DNA of 35,664 nucleotides from a virus (lineage: Duplodnaviria > Caudoviricetes), in the IMG/VR virus record IMGVR_UViG_3300020727_000045, positions 1 through 35,664 of that record; one strand, written 5' to 3'. Below, piece by piece: positions 27,616 to 35,664 of this stretch. The notes under the pieces are model-generated. The model made no database searches and had not been told where the DNA came from. It saw only the letters and a list, made by a program, of their open reading frames with translations. Position 1 is the stretch's first letter. Every line of letters begins with the position of its first letter. Made by a program: the position numbers and the translations under genes.

Positions 27616-29670
27616 CTTTTTAGGCTTTTGCCACACCACAGTTCTCGTCGTTCCAATGCGTTTTTTCTCAAATCCAAGATGTTTAAGCATTCTTGCTACT
27701 GTCATTTGCTCTCCTTTTGTCGGTGCATTAAATGGATTACTTTGGATGCCCATGCAGATTTCAGACACTTTATATGACTGCTGATAATTCAATTTAATAT
27801 ACTCTTCAATCTTATCTTGGAGCGATTCATCAATAACTGAGTAGGTGTCGTTTACTTCTTTTTGATACGTTTCTGCATCCCTAAACAGCACTCCAGACTC
27901 TTTAAAAGTATGAATTGCCTCTGCCCAAATCTGTGTTCTATCGGCAATGAGTGCCTCAATATCCGCTTGATTGACTACATCAAGTGGCAGCCACCTACGA
28001 TTATTTTCGCCAACGCTGAGAAATTCATCATCATTGGTTGTGCCAATAAATGCACATCGTCTAGGAATGCGAACATTTAATTTAGCGAATGGGGGCCGAT
28101 ATTCCTCAACTTGCCTTACTACCCATGCCTTAATCATATTCGCTTCTTTGGACCTTAAACCTTGCAATTCTGCCAGTTCGCCAATGAGCTTGCCATTAAG
28201 TAACATTTTGCTATCTTTATTATCAATATCGTGAAAGTTCAACTCTGCATAAGTATCTGGTATCGGAGCTAAAGCATTAACTGCTGAGGATTTCCTCATG
28301 CCTTCTTTGCCAATCAGAACGATAGCCATGTCCACTTTAATGCCAGGCACAAGTAATCTGCCAGCCATTGCAGTCGCAAAATATTGAGAATAAGCCATCT
28401 CTCTGGCTGAGGATTCGACACCAAAATAGGTACTAAATAAATGATCAATACGTTTAATGCCATCCCATTTGAGGGAATTACCCCATTCAATCGCTGAATC
28501 AAATCGCTGATCGTGAGCTACTTTATAGACACAATCCATTAAATTTGACTTAGATGGAGTTGCAAAGCCATGTCGTTCTAATTGCATTGATAGACTAAAA
28601 AAGTCGGTTTCACGAATTGCCCTAAAATCGTTTTTGTCGTAGAGCATAATCTGCTGGGTAAACTCATCGTACTTGAGTTGTAATTGATTTAAGGCAGCAT
28701 AGAGATTATCGTTTGTATTGGTAATCTGCCCTTTTTTCGTTATTTCTAAATTAGTAATATCAAATTGCAGGCAATCAATATCTTGGATTACTTCGCCATC
28801 GCTATTTACTTGAAAATCCTGATTAGGCAGTGAAATCTCTGGAGTAAATTCATAATTACTGACAGTTTTTAAGATGGTAGCCCTAATCTCATGTTCTGTA
28901 AGTGGTGGCTTACATACCCGATTATTCTCCTCCAAGATGGCCTGTAGTAATATGTATTCGCTAGAAATAACATTTCTTGCCTTCGATGCAAACTTAAATA
29001 AATAATTATTTCTGTTCGTATCTACATAAAACTCAACGTCACTATTCGGAGATGGAATAATTGCCACCACCTTTTGAGGACTAATCTGATTGGCCAAACT
29101 ATTAAAGTTCGGCATCTTTTGAATACCCTTGTCCTTGATCACATCGCCAGTAATAGTTAAATATCTGCCGGTTGAATACATCTCCACTTGGAGGGTATTA
29201 AATGAGCCATTGATGCCCTTTGTGAGTGGTTCTGCATATCCTAATGCCCTTAGACCTTTGCGACTTGGAGAATACTCACAGTAACTTGGCTGGAGCTTTT
29301 TAAGAAAGTCGATTGCCTCTGGGGAGATTGTTCCTTTCTCATCTACGCAGTTATCAAGGTCCACACCGACTAGGCCATCATTATTGAGAACAAAGCCAAT
29401 ACCAGCTCGATCGCCTTCCTCAAATGAGGTTAATGCCTTCTCAAAAGATGACCAGGTATCCGGATCATTGGACTTACCATACTGATCTAATAAGTTTGGA
29501 TCATAAAGAACCTTCCGAGGTTTATCGCCATTATTCGCGACTGCCTTCCATGTCACCCACCTTGGAATGTCTTTTAAAACCTGTGGGATTCTATCTGGAT
29601 TAGGTAGGTAATAGGTATATCCATCAACAGTTATCGATGGTTTTTGCTGTAGATTTATGTTATTATTCAT
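27613..29670 (-). CDS. primase-polymerase / PriCT / VapE(VirE)-like helicase fusion
   Basis: AEP motifs GVDLD, EYSPS.KG, EMYSTGRY; PriCT RNN.LF...CKPPL; GKEGMRKSS, ELAEL, YRPPF, GTTN, NRRW. Confidence 0.88.
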   Translation of the reverse strand: MNNNINLQQKPSITVDGYTYYLPNPDRIPQVLKDIPRWVTWKAVANNGDKPRKVLYDPNLLDQYGKSNDPDTWSSFEKALTSFEEGDRAGIGFVLNNDGLVGVDLDNCVDEKGTISPEAIDFLKKLQPSYCEYSPSRKGLRALGYAEPLTKGINGSFNTLQVEMYSTGRYLTITGDVIKDKGIQKMPNFNSLANQISPQKVVAIIPSPNSDVEFYVDTNRNNYLFKFASKARNVISSEYILLQAILEENNRVCKPPLTEHEIRATILKTVSNYEFTPEISLPNQDFQVNSDGEVIQDIDCLQFDITNLEITKKGQITNTNDNLYAALNQLQLKYDEFTQQIMLYDKNDFRAIRETDFFSLSMQLERHGFATPSKSNLMDCVYKVAHDQRFDSAIEWGNSLKWDGIKRIDHLFSTYFGVESSAREMAYSQYFATAMAGRLLVPGIKVDMAIVLIGKEGMRKSSAVNALAPIPDTYAELNFHDIDNKDSKMLLNGKLIGELAELQGLRSKEANMIKAWVVRQVEEYRPPFAKLNVRIPRRCAFIGTTNDDEFLSVGENNRRWLPLDVVNQADIEALIADRTQIWAEAIHTFKESGVLFRDAETYQKEVNDTYSVIDESLQDKIEEYIKLNYQQSYKVSEICMGIQSNPFNAPTKGEQMTVARMLKHLGFEKKRIGTTRTVVWQKPKK

Positions 29671-29698
29671 ATAGGTGAGAAGTAAAGTTTAGGAAAAG

Positions 29699-29725
29699 AA
29701 AGCCATCATTGAGAGTGATGGCTTT
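29699..29725 (-). terminator. intrinsic terminator/attenuator upstream of primase
   Basis: AAAGCCATCA/TGATGGCTTT stem, T-rich tails on both strands. Confidence 0.7.
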
Positions 29726-29787
29726 TTACTTTAAGGATTTAGTTTAGCATTATTTTTATCGTCTATTCTCCCTAAAAATAATATTCA

Positions 29788-30780
29788 TTATTTAGACCTC
29801 TTTAATGATGGAGCTGACAAGGTTTCATCAATCAAATCAGCCGGCACATCAAAGCCAGACTTCTTAAGAGCAGTAATGGATTTCAATTCAAAGATTGCCG
29901 GATTATTATTAAACAGCTCAGCGACTGCATTAGCATCCTTAATCTTCTGCATCTTTCTGCCCTTGGCCATTGACCATCCAGTTACAAATCCACCACCATT
30001 CATTATGTCCTTAGCAGCCTCTCTGACTGCCTCAATCCAACCTTCAAGCATTTCAGCAGTATCAAGTAGTTCCGGTAAATCAGCCAAATGCTCTGATGGC
30101 TTAAATTCATTCTTGGCCACTTCAATTGCTTTATCTTTAATCGATGGACAAGTAACTCGAGCTGGGCAATACTTGCATTGCTCGTAACCTGGTGTCGGAT
30201 CTTGGAATGGATCTTCAGCCTTTTCTGCAAGTGCTTTTAATTCAATTTCAAATGCCACCATGTCATCATAAGAATATTGTGCCGGCAGCTGCTGAGCATA
30301 ATGTGGCTGGAAGATGTGGCAATAAATAGTTACATTTGGCTGACCATGTAAAATCCAAGCACCTAAAGCATAGGTTTTTAGTTGAATAGAATTGGTCTTT
30401 ACAACACCTCTGCCGGTCTTTAGATCAACAATATGTAGTTCATTATCGTTGAAAACAATAGCATCAGCAGTTCCACCCAAAAGAGGATGGACAGTCTTTA
30501 ATGCCTCTGTTAAGTTTGTTTCAAGTTCATAATGTCCACTCACAAAATCACTAATATAATTAAGGTAAGCATTGGCCCATTCTAAACCTTCTTGATCTTC
30601 TGTAATAACTTCTTCGCCTTTTCCAAGTAATTCAGCCATTTCGTGAATCCGAGTGCCTCGTTCAGCTGCTGGATTGGATTTATTGGGGATGCCAATGCTC
30701 ATGCGATATGAGGCTGGGCAGAGTGTAATTCGTGGTAAAGAGCTTGCTGAGAGTGGTGAGTGATAAGTCATTTTATTCAT
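29788..30780 (-). CDS. DUF2800-like Cas4/PD-(D/E)XK nuclease
   Basis: LSAS...CPAS, GT..HE, GTAD, DLKTG, QL..Y, C..C.....C. Confidence 0.88.
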   Translation of the reverse strand: MNKMTYHSPLSASSLPRITLCPASYRMSIGIPNKSNPAAERGTRIHEMAELLGKGEEVITEDQEGLEWANAYLNYISDFVSGHYELETNLTEALKTVHPLLGGTADAIVFNDNELHIVDLKTGRGVVKTNSIQLKTYALGAWILHGQPNVTIYCHIFQPHYAQQLPAQYSYDDMVAFEIELKALAEKAEDPFQDPTPGYEQCKYCPARVTCPSIKDKAIEVAKNEFKPSEHLADLPELLDTAEMLEGWIEAVREAAKDIMNGGGFVTGWSMAKGRKMQKIKDANAVAELFNNNPAIFELKSITALKKSGFDVPADLIDETLSAPSLKRSK

Positions 30781-31039
30781 CTTCCTGTTCGATTTGATTG
30801 ATTGGGTTCATGTAAAGTTTTGGGTTATTAAAGTTTGGTAATGCTAGTTCCGGCCTTAAATCTTCCGGCTTGATTCTGCCTTCCGTTAATTCTTCAATCC
30901 TCTTTAAGTAACGAGTAGGCACTCGGTCCAGCTTGGCCCACATATAGACTGATTGCACCGATACATCCAAATCGATGGCAACAGCTTTGGCAGTTCCAAA
31001 CTCCAACAATAATTTATTAAAATTTCTAGGTTGTTTCAT
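30773..31039 (-). CDS. Cro-like HTH regulator
   Basis: VAIDLDVSVQSVYMW...VP...IEELTEG....DLRPE. Confidence 0.85.
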   Translation of the reverse strand: MKQPRNFNKLLLEFGTAKAVAIDLDVSVQSVYMWAKLDRVPTRYLKRIEELTEGRIKPEDLRPELALPNFNNPKLYMNPINQIEQEDE

Positions 31040-31063
31040 GTAATTCCTTTCTTTAGAAATTAC

Positions 31064-31141
31064 AGTTTAGCATTTAATTTTAAATAATTACAAAATATTT
31101 ATTAAAAAAGTATTGTTTTTATGTAAAAAGTGGTTTAAAGT
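31064..31141. promoter_or_regulatory. divergent promoter pair
   Basis: minus: TTGTAA-18-TAAACT with extended TG (31093-31064); plus: TTGTTT-17-TAAAGT (31113-31141). Confidence 0.55.
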
Positions 31142-31184
31142 TACTTCATGCAGTCAAATTTAATTAGAAAAAAGGAAGAGAAAT

Positions 31185-31343
31185 ATGGAAATTCTAAAAT
31201 CAATTGTTAAGTATATTTTATTAATCATTTTTGTTGTATTTTTAATTGGCTTTTTAGTATTCTCAGCTTTTTTAATTGTCAAATATCCAACGCAAACGAT
31301 TGCATTTACTTTATTGTTTGCACTTTTAGTGAGAGAAAAATGA
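31185..31343 (+). CDS. small two-TM membrane protein (52 aa)
   Basis: manually translated; AAGGAAG RBS; first gene of the plus-strand block. Confidence 0.6.
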   Translation: MEILKSIVKYILLIIFVVFLIGFLVFSAFLIVKYPTQTIAFTLLFALLVREK

Positions 31344-31429
31344 AAACACCATTAATTGATTACTTCATCGTAATAGTTTTCGGAATTGCTTTAGGTTATG
31401 GCCTAGCAGTTTGGTTTACCGGTTATTAA
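31340..31429 (+). CDS. small membrane peptide (29 aa)
   Basis: MKTPLIDYFIVIVFGIALGYGLAVWFTGY; ATGA overlap. Confidence 0.55.
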   Translation: MKTPLIDYFIVIVFGIALGYGLAVWFTGY

Positions 31430-31435
31430 TTAGTA

Positions 31436-31465
31436 CCAGTCCGGAGCATCTGGATAAAATGCTCC
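31436..31465 (+). promoter_or_regulatory. H-type pseudoknot in the SSB leader
   Basis: CCAG/CUGG and GGAGCAU/AUGCUCC interleaved stems. Confidence 0.6.
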
Positions 31466-31487
31466 AATTTTGTGAAAAGAGTGAAAA

Positions 31488-32057
31488 ATGAAAGTAGTTA
31501 CCAATAAAGTAAGAGCCTCCTATTTATCTTGGCATACTCCTCGTGAGGGCCTTGATGGCAAGATGTCTTATAGCGTTGAGTTGTTAATTCCAAAGACTGA
31601 TGTTGATGGCATTACCAAAATCAAAGCAGCCATGAAAGCAGCCTTAGAAAAGAAGTTTGGAGATTTGTCAAAAGTTAAAGGCCTCAAGAATCCATTAAAA
31701 GATGGTGATGGCAACAAGCAAGATGGCACTCCACATTCTGAGGAATATCATGGCCATTTCTATCTGCGTTGTAAATCCACAGAGAAGCCTGGAGTAATTG
31801 ATTTGAAAGGCAAAGAGATAATCAACAGCACAGAATTTGTGTCTGGTGACTATTGCAGAGCCTCCATTATGGCATCAGCCTATGATTCCAATATGGCCAA
31901 GGGAGTTACCTTTTACCTAAATAATCTTCAGAAGGTTCAAGATGGAGAAGCATTAGGCGGTGGTAAAACGACTGCTGCCGAGGACTTTGGGGTCCAAGGT
32001 AGTGCTAATGCTGACTTTGCTGAAACACCGGCTCAAGATGGCGATATCCCATTCTGA
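31488..32057 (+). CDS. ssb: single-stranded DNA-binding protein (DUF2815-like)
   Basis: VRASY, YSVELLIPK, NPLKDGD, SGDYCRA, GVTFYLNNLQKV.DGEALGG; acidic DIPF C-terminus. Confidence 0.9.
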   Translation: MKVVTNKVRASYLSWHTPREGLDGKMSYSVELLIPKTDVDGITKIKAAMKAALEKKFGDLSKVKGLKNPLKDGDGNKQDGTPHSEEYHGHFYLRCKSTEKPGVIDLKGKEIINSTEFVSGDYCRASIMASAYDSNMAKGVTFYLNNLQKVQDGEALGGGKTTAAEDFGVQGSANADFAETPAQDGDIPF

Positions 32058-32271
32058 GGTAACTCTTGATTGGTTGCTGGAGGATTATAAATATAGTCCT
32101 CCAGTATGCCCTTACATTCCACTTGTAGCATTACAAAAAGAATGGACCATTTTTGATATTGATGATTCAGATTTTAAAACTGCCAAGGTAAAAATGGACA
32201 GTAAGGCCGATAAAGAAAAGAAAGCCAAAATGAAAAAACAAATTAAAGCTCTAAAGGAAATGAACAAATGA
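32038..32271 (+). CDS. hypothetical protein (77 aa)
   Basis: start taken at MAISHS; coupled to rusA. Confidence 0.55.
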   Translation: MAISHSEVTLDWLLEDYKYSPPVCPYIPLVALQKEWTIFDIDDSDFKTAKVKMDSKADKEKKAKMKKQIKALKEMNK

Positions 32272-32624
32272 TTTCTTATATGTCATTCCCTCCACCGCCA
32301 AGTAACAACACTTATTATCGCAGATCTGGGCATCATACTCATATCAGCATTAAGGGCAGAGAGTATAAAAAGACAATCTGTGACATCGTTTCTGAGTTTT
32401 ATCCCATAAAGTTCGGCATTCGTCCGGTAAAGGTTCACATTGATTATTGGCCTGCTACACGCAGAAAAGATGATTTAGATAATCGATTCAAAGCTATTTT
32501 GGATTCATTGACTGCAGCCGGTGTTTGGGATGACGATTCACAGATTGATGAGCTGAGCATTTTAAGAAAGCCAGTAATGAAAGGTGGAAAAATTGTCGTA
32601 ACTGTTGAGGCCATTCATGGATGA
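32268..32624 (+). CDS. rusA: RusA-like Holliday junction resolvase
   Basis: PPSNN, DLDNRFKAILDSL, WDDDSQID. Confidence 0.93.
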   Translation: MISYMSFPPPPSNNTYYRRSGHHTHISIKGREYKKTICDIVSEFYPIKFGIRPVKVHIDYWPATRRKDDLDNRFKAILDSLTAAGVWDDDSQIDELSILRKPVMKGGKIVVTVEAIHG

Positions 32625-32769
32625 TTACCAAGTTTCAATCTTTGGTAAAGATTGCCTAGTATCATTTAAGAATGAACCAGACCTAGAATCCATTGATGTA
32701 GTGCGAGAAATATTAAATAATTTAACAGATCAAATAATTAAGGAGCAATTAAATGGTAATCAATCTTAA
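32617..32769 (+). CDS. hypothetical protein (50 aa)
   Basis: manually translated MDDYQVSIFGKD...; GAGG RBS. Confidence 0.55.
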   Translation: MDDYQVSIFGKDCLVSFKNEPDLESIDVVREILNNLTDQIIKEQLNGNQS

Positions 32770-32914
32770 AGTAGTACAAAAAGATTATTTAGGATGGGTA
32801 GTTGAGTTCCCACCCACTTTTGATGCATTAAAACCACAGCAGAAATTGGATTTAATCCAAGATGCGTTATACGACCTTAATGTTAAGTTTAAGGATGTAA
32901 ATGAAAACTATTAA
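32753..32914 (+). CDS. hypothetical protein (53 aa)
   Basis: manually translated MVINLKVVQK...; AAGGAG RBS. Confidence 0.65.
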   Translation: MVINLKVVQKDYLGWVVEFPPTFDALKPQQKLDLIQDALYDLNVKFKDVNENY

Positions 32915-33089
32915 TAAATTGAATTTAGATCCAGTTGCAACATTTCCAATGATTGCACAAGAGCTTGGAGAAAATGAAAGTGCTGTTTTTGAATGCTATA
33001 AAAGAGCCTTAGTTAAATTGCAAGTGGCACTCCGGAGAAAAGGTTATCAGCTGGATGATTTCTTTGGGTATGTAAAAAATGAACATTAA
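32901..33089 (+). CDS. sigma-region-4-like HTH protein
   Basis: TFPMIAQELGENESAV....KRALVKL. Confidence 0.65.
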   Translation: MKTINKLNLDPVATFPMIAQELGENESAVFECYKRALVKLQVALRRKGYQLDDFFGYVKNEH

Positions 33090-33306
33090 TGGAGCAAAAT
33101 ATATGAAAGCATTTCCAGTAACAACTGAAAACCGAGAAGGTGCTTGGGGTCAAGAAGGTATGGATCTAATAGATTACTTTGCTGCTAAAGCAATGCAAGG
33201 ATTATTGGCAACAATTTCTTATGAAAATAGTTGTATTCCTAATTATGAAATTGCAGAACAATCTTATAAAATTGCTGCCGCAATGATGGAGGCTAGAAAA
33301 AAATGA
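33079..33306 (+). CDS. hypothetical phage protein
   Basis: AFP...GMDLIDYFAAKAMQG...A.AMMEAR family pattern. Confidence 0.8.
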   Translation: MNINGAKYMKAFPVTTENREGAWGQEGMDLIDYFAAKAMQGLLATISYENSCIPNYEIAEQSYKIAAAMMEARKK

Positions 33307-33503
33307 TGCAATTAACTTTAAGTGACTGGACTAGCATTGACAATCGGCTGCCTAAAAATGCTGAGGATGTAATTGTTTTCAGTGATGACAAATTCCAAAT
33401 TGATATTGGATTCTTAATGAATGGCAAATGGTTCAGCGACAGAGGTGAGTTACACACTGTTACCCACTGGATGCCTTTACCTAATCCCCCAGAGGAGAAA
33501 TAA
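33303..33503 (+). CDS. DUF551-like protein
   Basis: WTSIDNRLP...VTHWMPLPNPP. Confidence 0.85.
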   Translation: MMQLTLSDWTSIDNRLPKNAEDVIVFSDDKFQIDIGFLMNGKWFSDRGELHTVTHWMPLPNPPEEK

Positions 33504-33504
33504 A

Positions 33505-33693
33505 ATGGATGAAATACTAAAAAAATATCAAGATCAGCTCGACCAGGCAATTAAATTTTCTGAGAAGATAAATCGACAAAAGTCTTATTTGGTGGATTTG
33601 TTGATTAAAGATAAATCACCATCAAGTAGTGTAATTATTGGTAAATACCTTGATTGGTTAGATGAAAATGAGGTGGTTAAAAATGAAGCATAA
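33505..33693 (+). CDS. hypothetical protein (62 aa)
   Basis: start MDEILKK after GAGGAG. Confidence 0.7.
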   Translation: MDEILKKYQDQLDQAIKFSEKINRQKSYLVDLLIKDKSPSSSVIIGKYLDWLDENEVVKNEA

Positions 33694-33979
33694 ACATTAC
33701 GATTTAATTGTGGCATGGGCTGAAGGTAAAAAAATTGAAAAAAGATTATTTAAAAAAGAATGGATTGATTGTCATTATCCTGTTTGGTTTGATAATGACG
33801 AATACAGAATCAAACCAGAGCCAAAGCCAAAAGAATATTACGATGAAGATACTTTTGATGGCGGTTATCTTTACGTCTACAACCATACAATAGATGCAAA
33901 AACTTGTATGTTTCCCACATTAATACATCAGACATATGGCCAATGGAAATACATGGGGAAAGTGAGGTTAGAAAAATGA
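33683..33979 (+). CDS. hypothetical phage protein
   Basis: MKHKHYDLIVAWAEG...EYRIKP family pattern. Confidence 0.75.
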   Translation: MKHKHYDLIVAWAEGKKIEKRLFKKEWIDCHYPVWFDNDEYRIKPEPKPKEYYDEDTFDGGYLYVYNHTIDAKTCMFPTLIHQTYGQWKYMGKVRLEK

Positions 33980-34335
33980 ATGAACCAATAGCATATTGTG
34001 TGAATTTAGACGAAGACGCATTGATTGAAGCATCTAAAATTCTTGGATTAGACCCAACGGATGTAAATTTTTTAGATACACCACTTTATACACATCCAAT
34101 TCGTGATGACGAAGACGAAGATCTTTTTCGCAAAGAACAAGTGGAAAAATTTTATGCGGAAGCAAGACCTTTGCGTGAAAAATATAAACCTCGTGAATTA
34201 ACTGAAGAGGAAATAGTTGATGCATTATGTTTAAACCAAGAAGATTTAATAGTGTATATTGCAACATCGCCACACGCAAAAGAAAAAATGGTTCAACGTG
34301 GCAGAGCGTTGTTAAAGAAAGCGAGTGAGAAATGA
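33976..34335 (+). CDS. hypothetical protein (MNEPIA...PLYTHP...RELTEEEI family)
   Basis: 119 aa, ATGA overlap; paralog of 336-569. Confidence 0.75.
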   Translation: MNEPIAYCVNLDEDALIEASKILGLDPTDVNFLDTPLYTHPIRDDEDEDLFRKEQVEKFYAEARPLREKYKPRELTEEEIVDALCLNQEDLIVYIATSPHAKEKMVQRGRALLKKASEK

Positions 34336-34526
34336 GCACAATAATTACTATAAAAGAAATGATAAAAAGCGTAATGGAATGTCTTGAAGAATCGGTAGCT
34401 GATTTACCTAAAAAAGACCGTGAAGAAGCAAAAGCAGCTATTTTAGGTGCATTTTCTAAAGAAATGTTTTATGGAAAAACAAAAGCGCCAGCAACGGATT
34501 TCTTTAGGGAGAGTAAAGATGAGTGA
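34332..34526 (+). CDS. hypothetical protein
   Basis: 64-aa ORF starting in a junction motif. Confidence 0.7.
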   Translation: MSTIITIKEMIKSVMECLEESVADLPKKDREEAKAAILGAFSKEMFYGKTKAPATDFFRESKDE

Positions 34527-34572
34527 ATTTTTTGCAGAAATACTTTTTAAAGCAAGTAGAGGTGAGAAATGA
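34519..34572 (+). pseudogene. 17-codon remnant ORF
   Basis: MSEFFAEILFKASRGEK resembles the C-terminus of ORF 336-569. Confidence 0.45.
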
Positions 34573-34913
34573 CTTTAAGGCTTAAACCATCTTATATGGA
34601 ATGGACACCAAATGAATTAGCAGATGCTTTAAAAAACTGGTTAGGCAACAGAGAACAACTTTTGGCGGCAGCAAATATGCTACGACAACAAGCACAAGAA
34701 ATTAATAATTTAAAAAAACAAATTACTCAATTATCTGTTTCTCGTGAACCAAAGATAGGAGATCGAGTCATTTTGATAGATGATGAATCTGAAGGGGTTA
34801 TTGAAAGTTTATCTATTGCTGGCGGTCCAAGAATTAGCTTTGATGATGGATGTTATGGAAATTACACCAAAGTTGAATTAATTACCTTGTTTGCCTATAA
34901 AGAAAGCGAGTGA
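34569..34913 (+). CDS. hypothetical protein (ANMLRQQAQEI family, SH3-like C-terminus)
   Basis: N-half nearly identical to ORF 566; C-half KIGDRVIL...EGVIE. Confidence 0.75.
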   Translation: MTLRLKPSYMEWTPNELADALKNWLGNREQLLAAANMLRQQAQEINNLKKQITQLSVSREPKIGDRVILIDDESEGVIESLSIAGGPRISFDDGCYGNYTKVELITLFAYKESE

Positions 34914-34916
34914 GAA

Positions 34917-35090
34917 ATGATTACTTTTGAAAAAGAATACGATGGCGAATCCATCTATGATGTGTATAGAGATGTGTCAGAAGCGTTTGATTCAAAATAT
35001 AATCCAATCTTAGAGACTATACCAACAGATGAACATTACATTCAAACAGGAACATTTAAAGTTCTTATAACATGGAGTCCAAAAGAATGA
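34917..35090 (+). CDS. hypothetical protein (57 aa)
   Basis: manually translated MITFEKEYDGES...; starts in a junction motif. Confidence 0.65.
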   Translation: MITFEKEYDGESIYDVYRDVSEAFDSKYNPILETIPTDEHYIQTGTFKVLITWSPKE

Positions 35091-35479
35091 GTGAAGAAAA
35101 ACTGTGGTGTGAAAAGAAATGGTATGAAAATTACCCATTACATTATTTGTGGGCGAATTCTATGTTTCCATTATGCCCATTATTTGAATATCGTAAATAT
35201 GACGAATACAATGAAAGTAATATTTCGTTTCATTGGTTGTGTTTTCGCTTTTGGACAATGAGTAACTTTGCTTTCGAATTTGATATTGTATTGAATTTCG
35301 ACAGGATTGGATTTGGTTTTGTTCTTCCTTACCTTAGAATTTGGATTGGGTTTACGTCACTTTATACAAGACCAACAATGTTTTTACACAGGCTGTTTAG
35401 TCGTTCGGTTAATTACGGAATATTTGCAAGGACTACAACTCAAAATTTAGAGGAAGAGAATAAAAATGACCGCATATGA
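35087..35479 (+). CDS. aromatic-rich hypothetical protein
   Basis: start MSEEK via ATGA overlap; 130 aa. Confidence 0.7.
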   Translation: MSEEKLWCEKKWYENYPLHYLWANSMFPLCPLFEYRKYDEYNESNISFHWLCFRFWTMSNFAFEFDIVLNFDRIGFGFVLPYLRIWIGFTSLYTRPTMFLHRLFSRSVNYGIFARTTTQNLEEENKNDRI

Positions 35480-35664
35480 ATTAGCAGATGAATTAGACAA
35501 TTGGTATCCAACGGTAAATTTATGCAGACATTCAGCCAATATGCTACGACAACAAGCACAAGAAATTGAACGCTATCACAATATGTTGCATGATAAAGAT
35601 GTAGAAATAACAACACTAAAACAAATCATTGATGCAAACAATTTAATGTCAGATATTGGACAGT
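35466..35664 (+). CDS. hypothetical protein, truncated by the window end (continues at 798-820 if circular)
   Basis: MTAYELADELDNW...SANMLRQQAQEIERYHNML... Confidence 0.75.
   Translation, partial: MTAYELADELDNWYPTVNLCRHSANMLRQQAQEIERYHNMLHDKDVEITTLKQIIDANNLMSDIGQ

Noticed and set aside
28285-28320. Non-canonical Walker A (GKEGMRKS) suggesting an inactive helicase
   Set aside because: The catalytic K-S is retained and such variants occur in VapE-like proteins.
30773-31184. Lysogeny switch / prophage
   Set aside because: Only a Cro-like gene is present; no CI-like repressor, integrase, partition genes or host flanks were seen.
1988-34339. Numerous short opposite-strand or nested ORFs in the ORF track (e.g. 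3453-3797, 11376-11729, 23010-23291, 25708-26211, 34034-34339)
   Set aside because: They shadow well-supported genes and lack RBS or recognisable motifs.

Overview
This AT-rich window is a probably complete genome of a P22-like (short-tailed) dsDNA phage. The minus strand from about 27.3 kb to 1.6 kb carries the late genes: GroES, terminase subunits, portal, scaffold, coat, tail/fibre, ejection and lysis genes. The 27.6-31 kb region holds a primase-helicase, a DUF2800 nuclease and a Cro-like regulator, with a candidate iteron origin next to them. A plus-strand early region (SSB, RusA, many small ORFs) wraps around the window ends. No integrase, separate family A/B/C DNA polymerase, tRNA or CRISPR array was seen. 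The main finding is that the major capsid gene is split into three exons (20817-20699, 20658-20625, 20396-19293; 418 aa when joined). It is interrupted by a compact 228-nt group I intron and, only 34 nt upstream, by a 40-nt insertion. That insertion has group I splice-site hallmarks (U before, G at the end, P1/P10 guide sequence) but no catalytic core, so it is a candidate parasitic mini-intron spliced by the neighbouring ribozyme. Other points: two free-standing homing endonucleases, a pseudoknot in the SSB leader, a modular early-gene array with shared junction motifs, and an exact 127-nt end/internal overlap suggesting a 34,867-bp circle with a variant branch at 1-670. All product calls are from motif recognition by eye; no searches were run.
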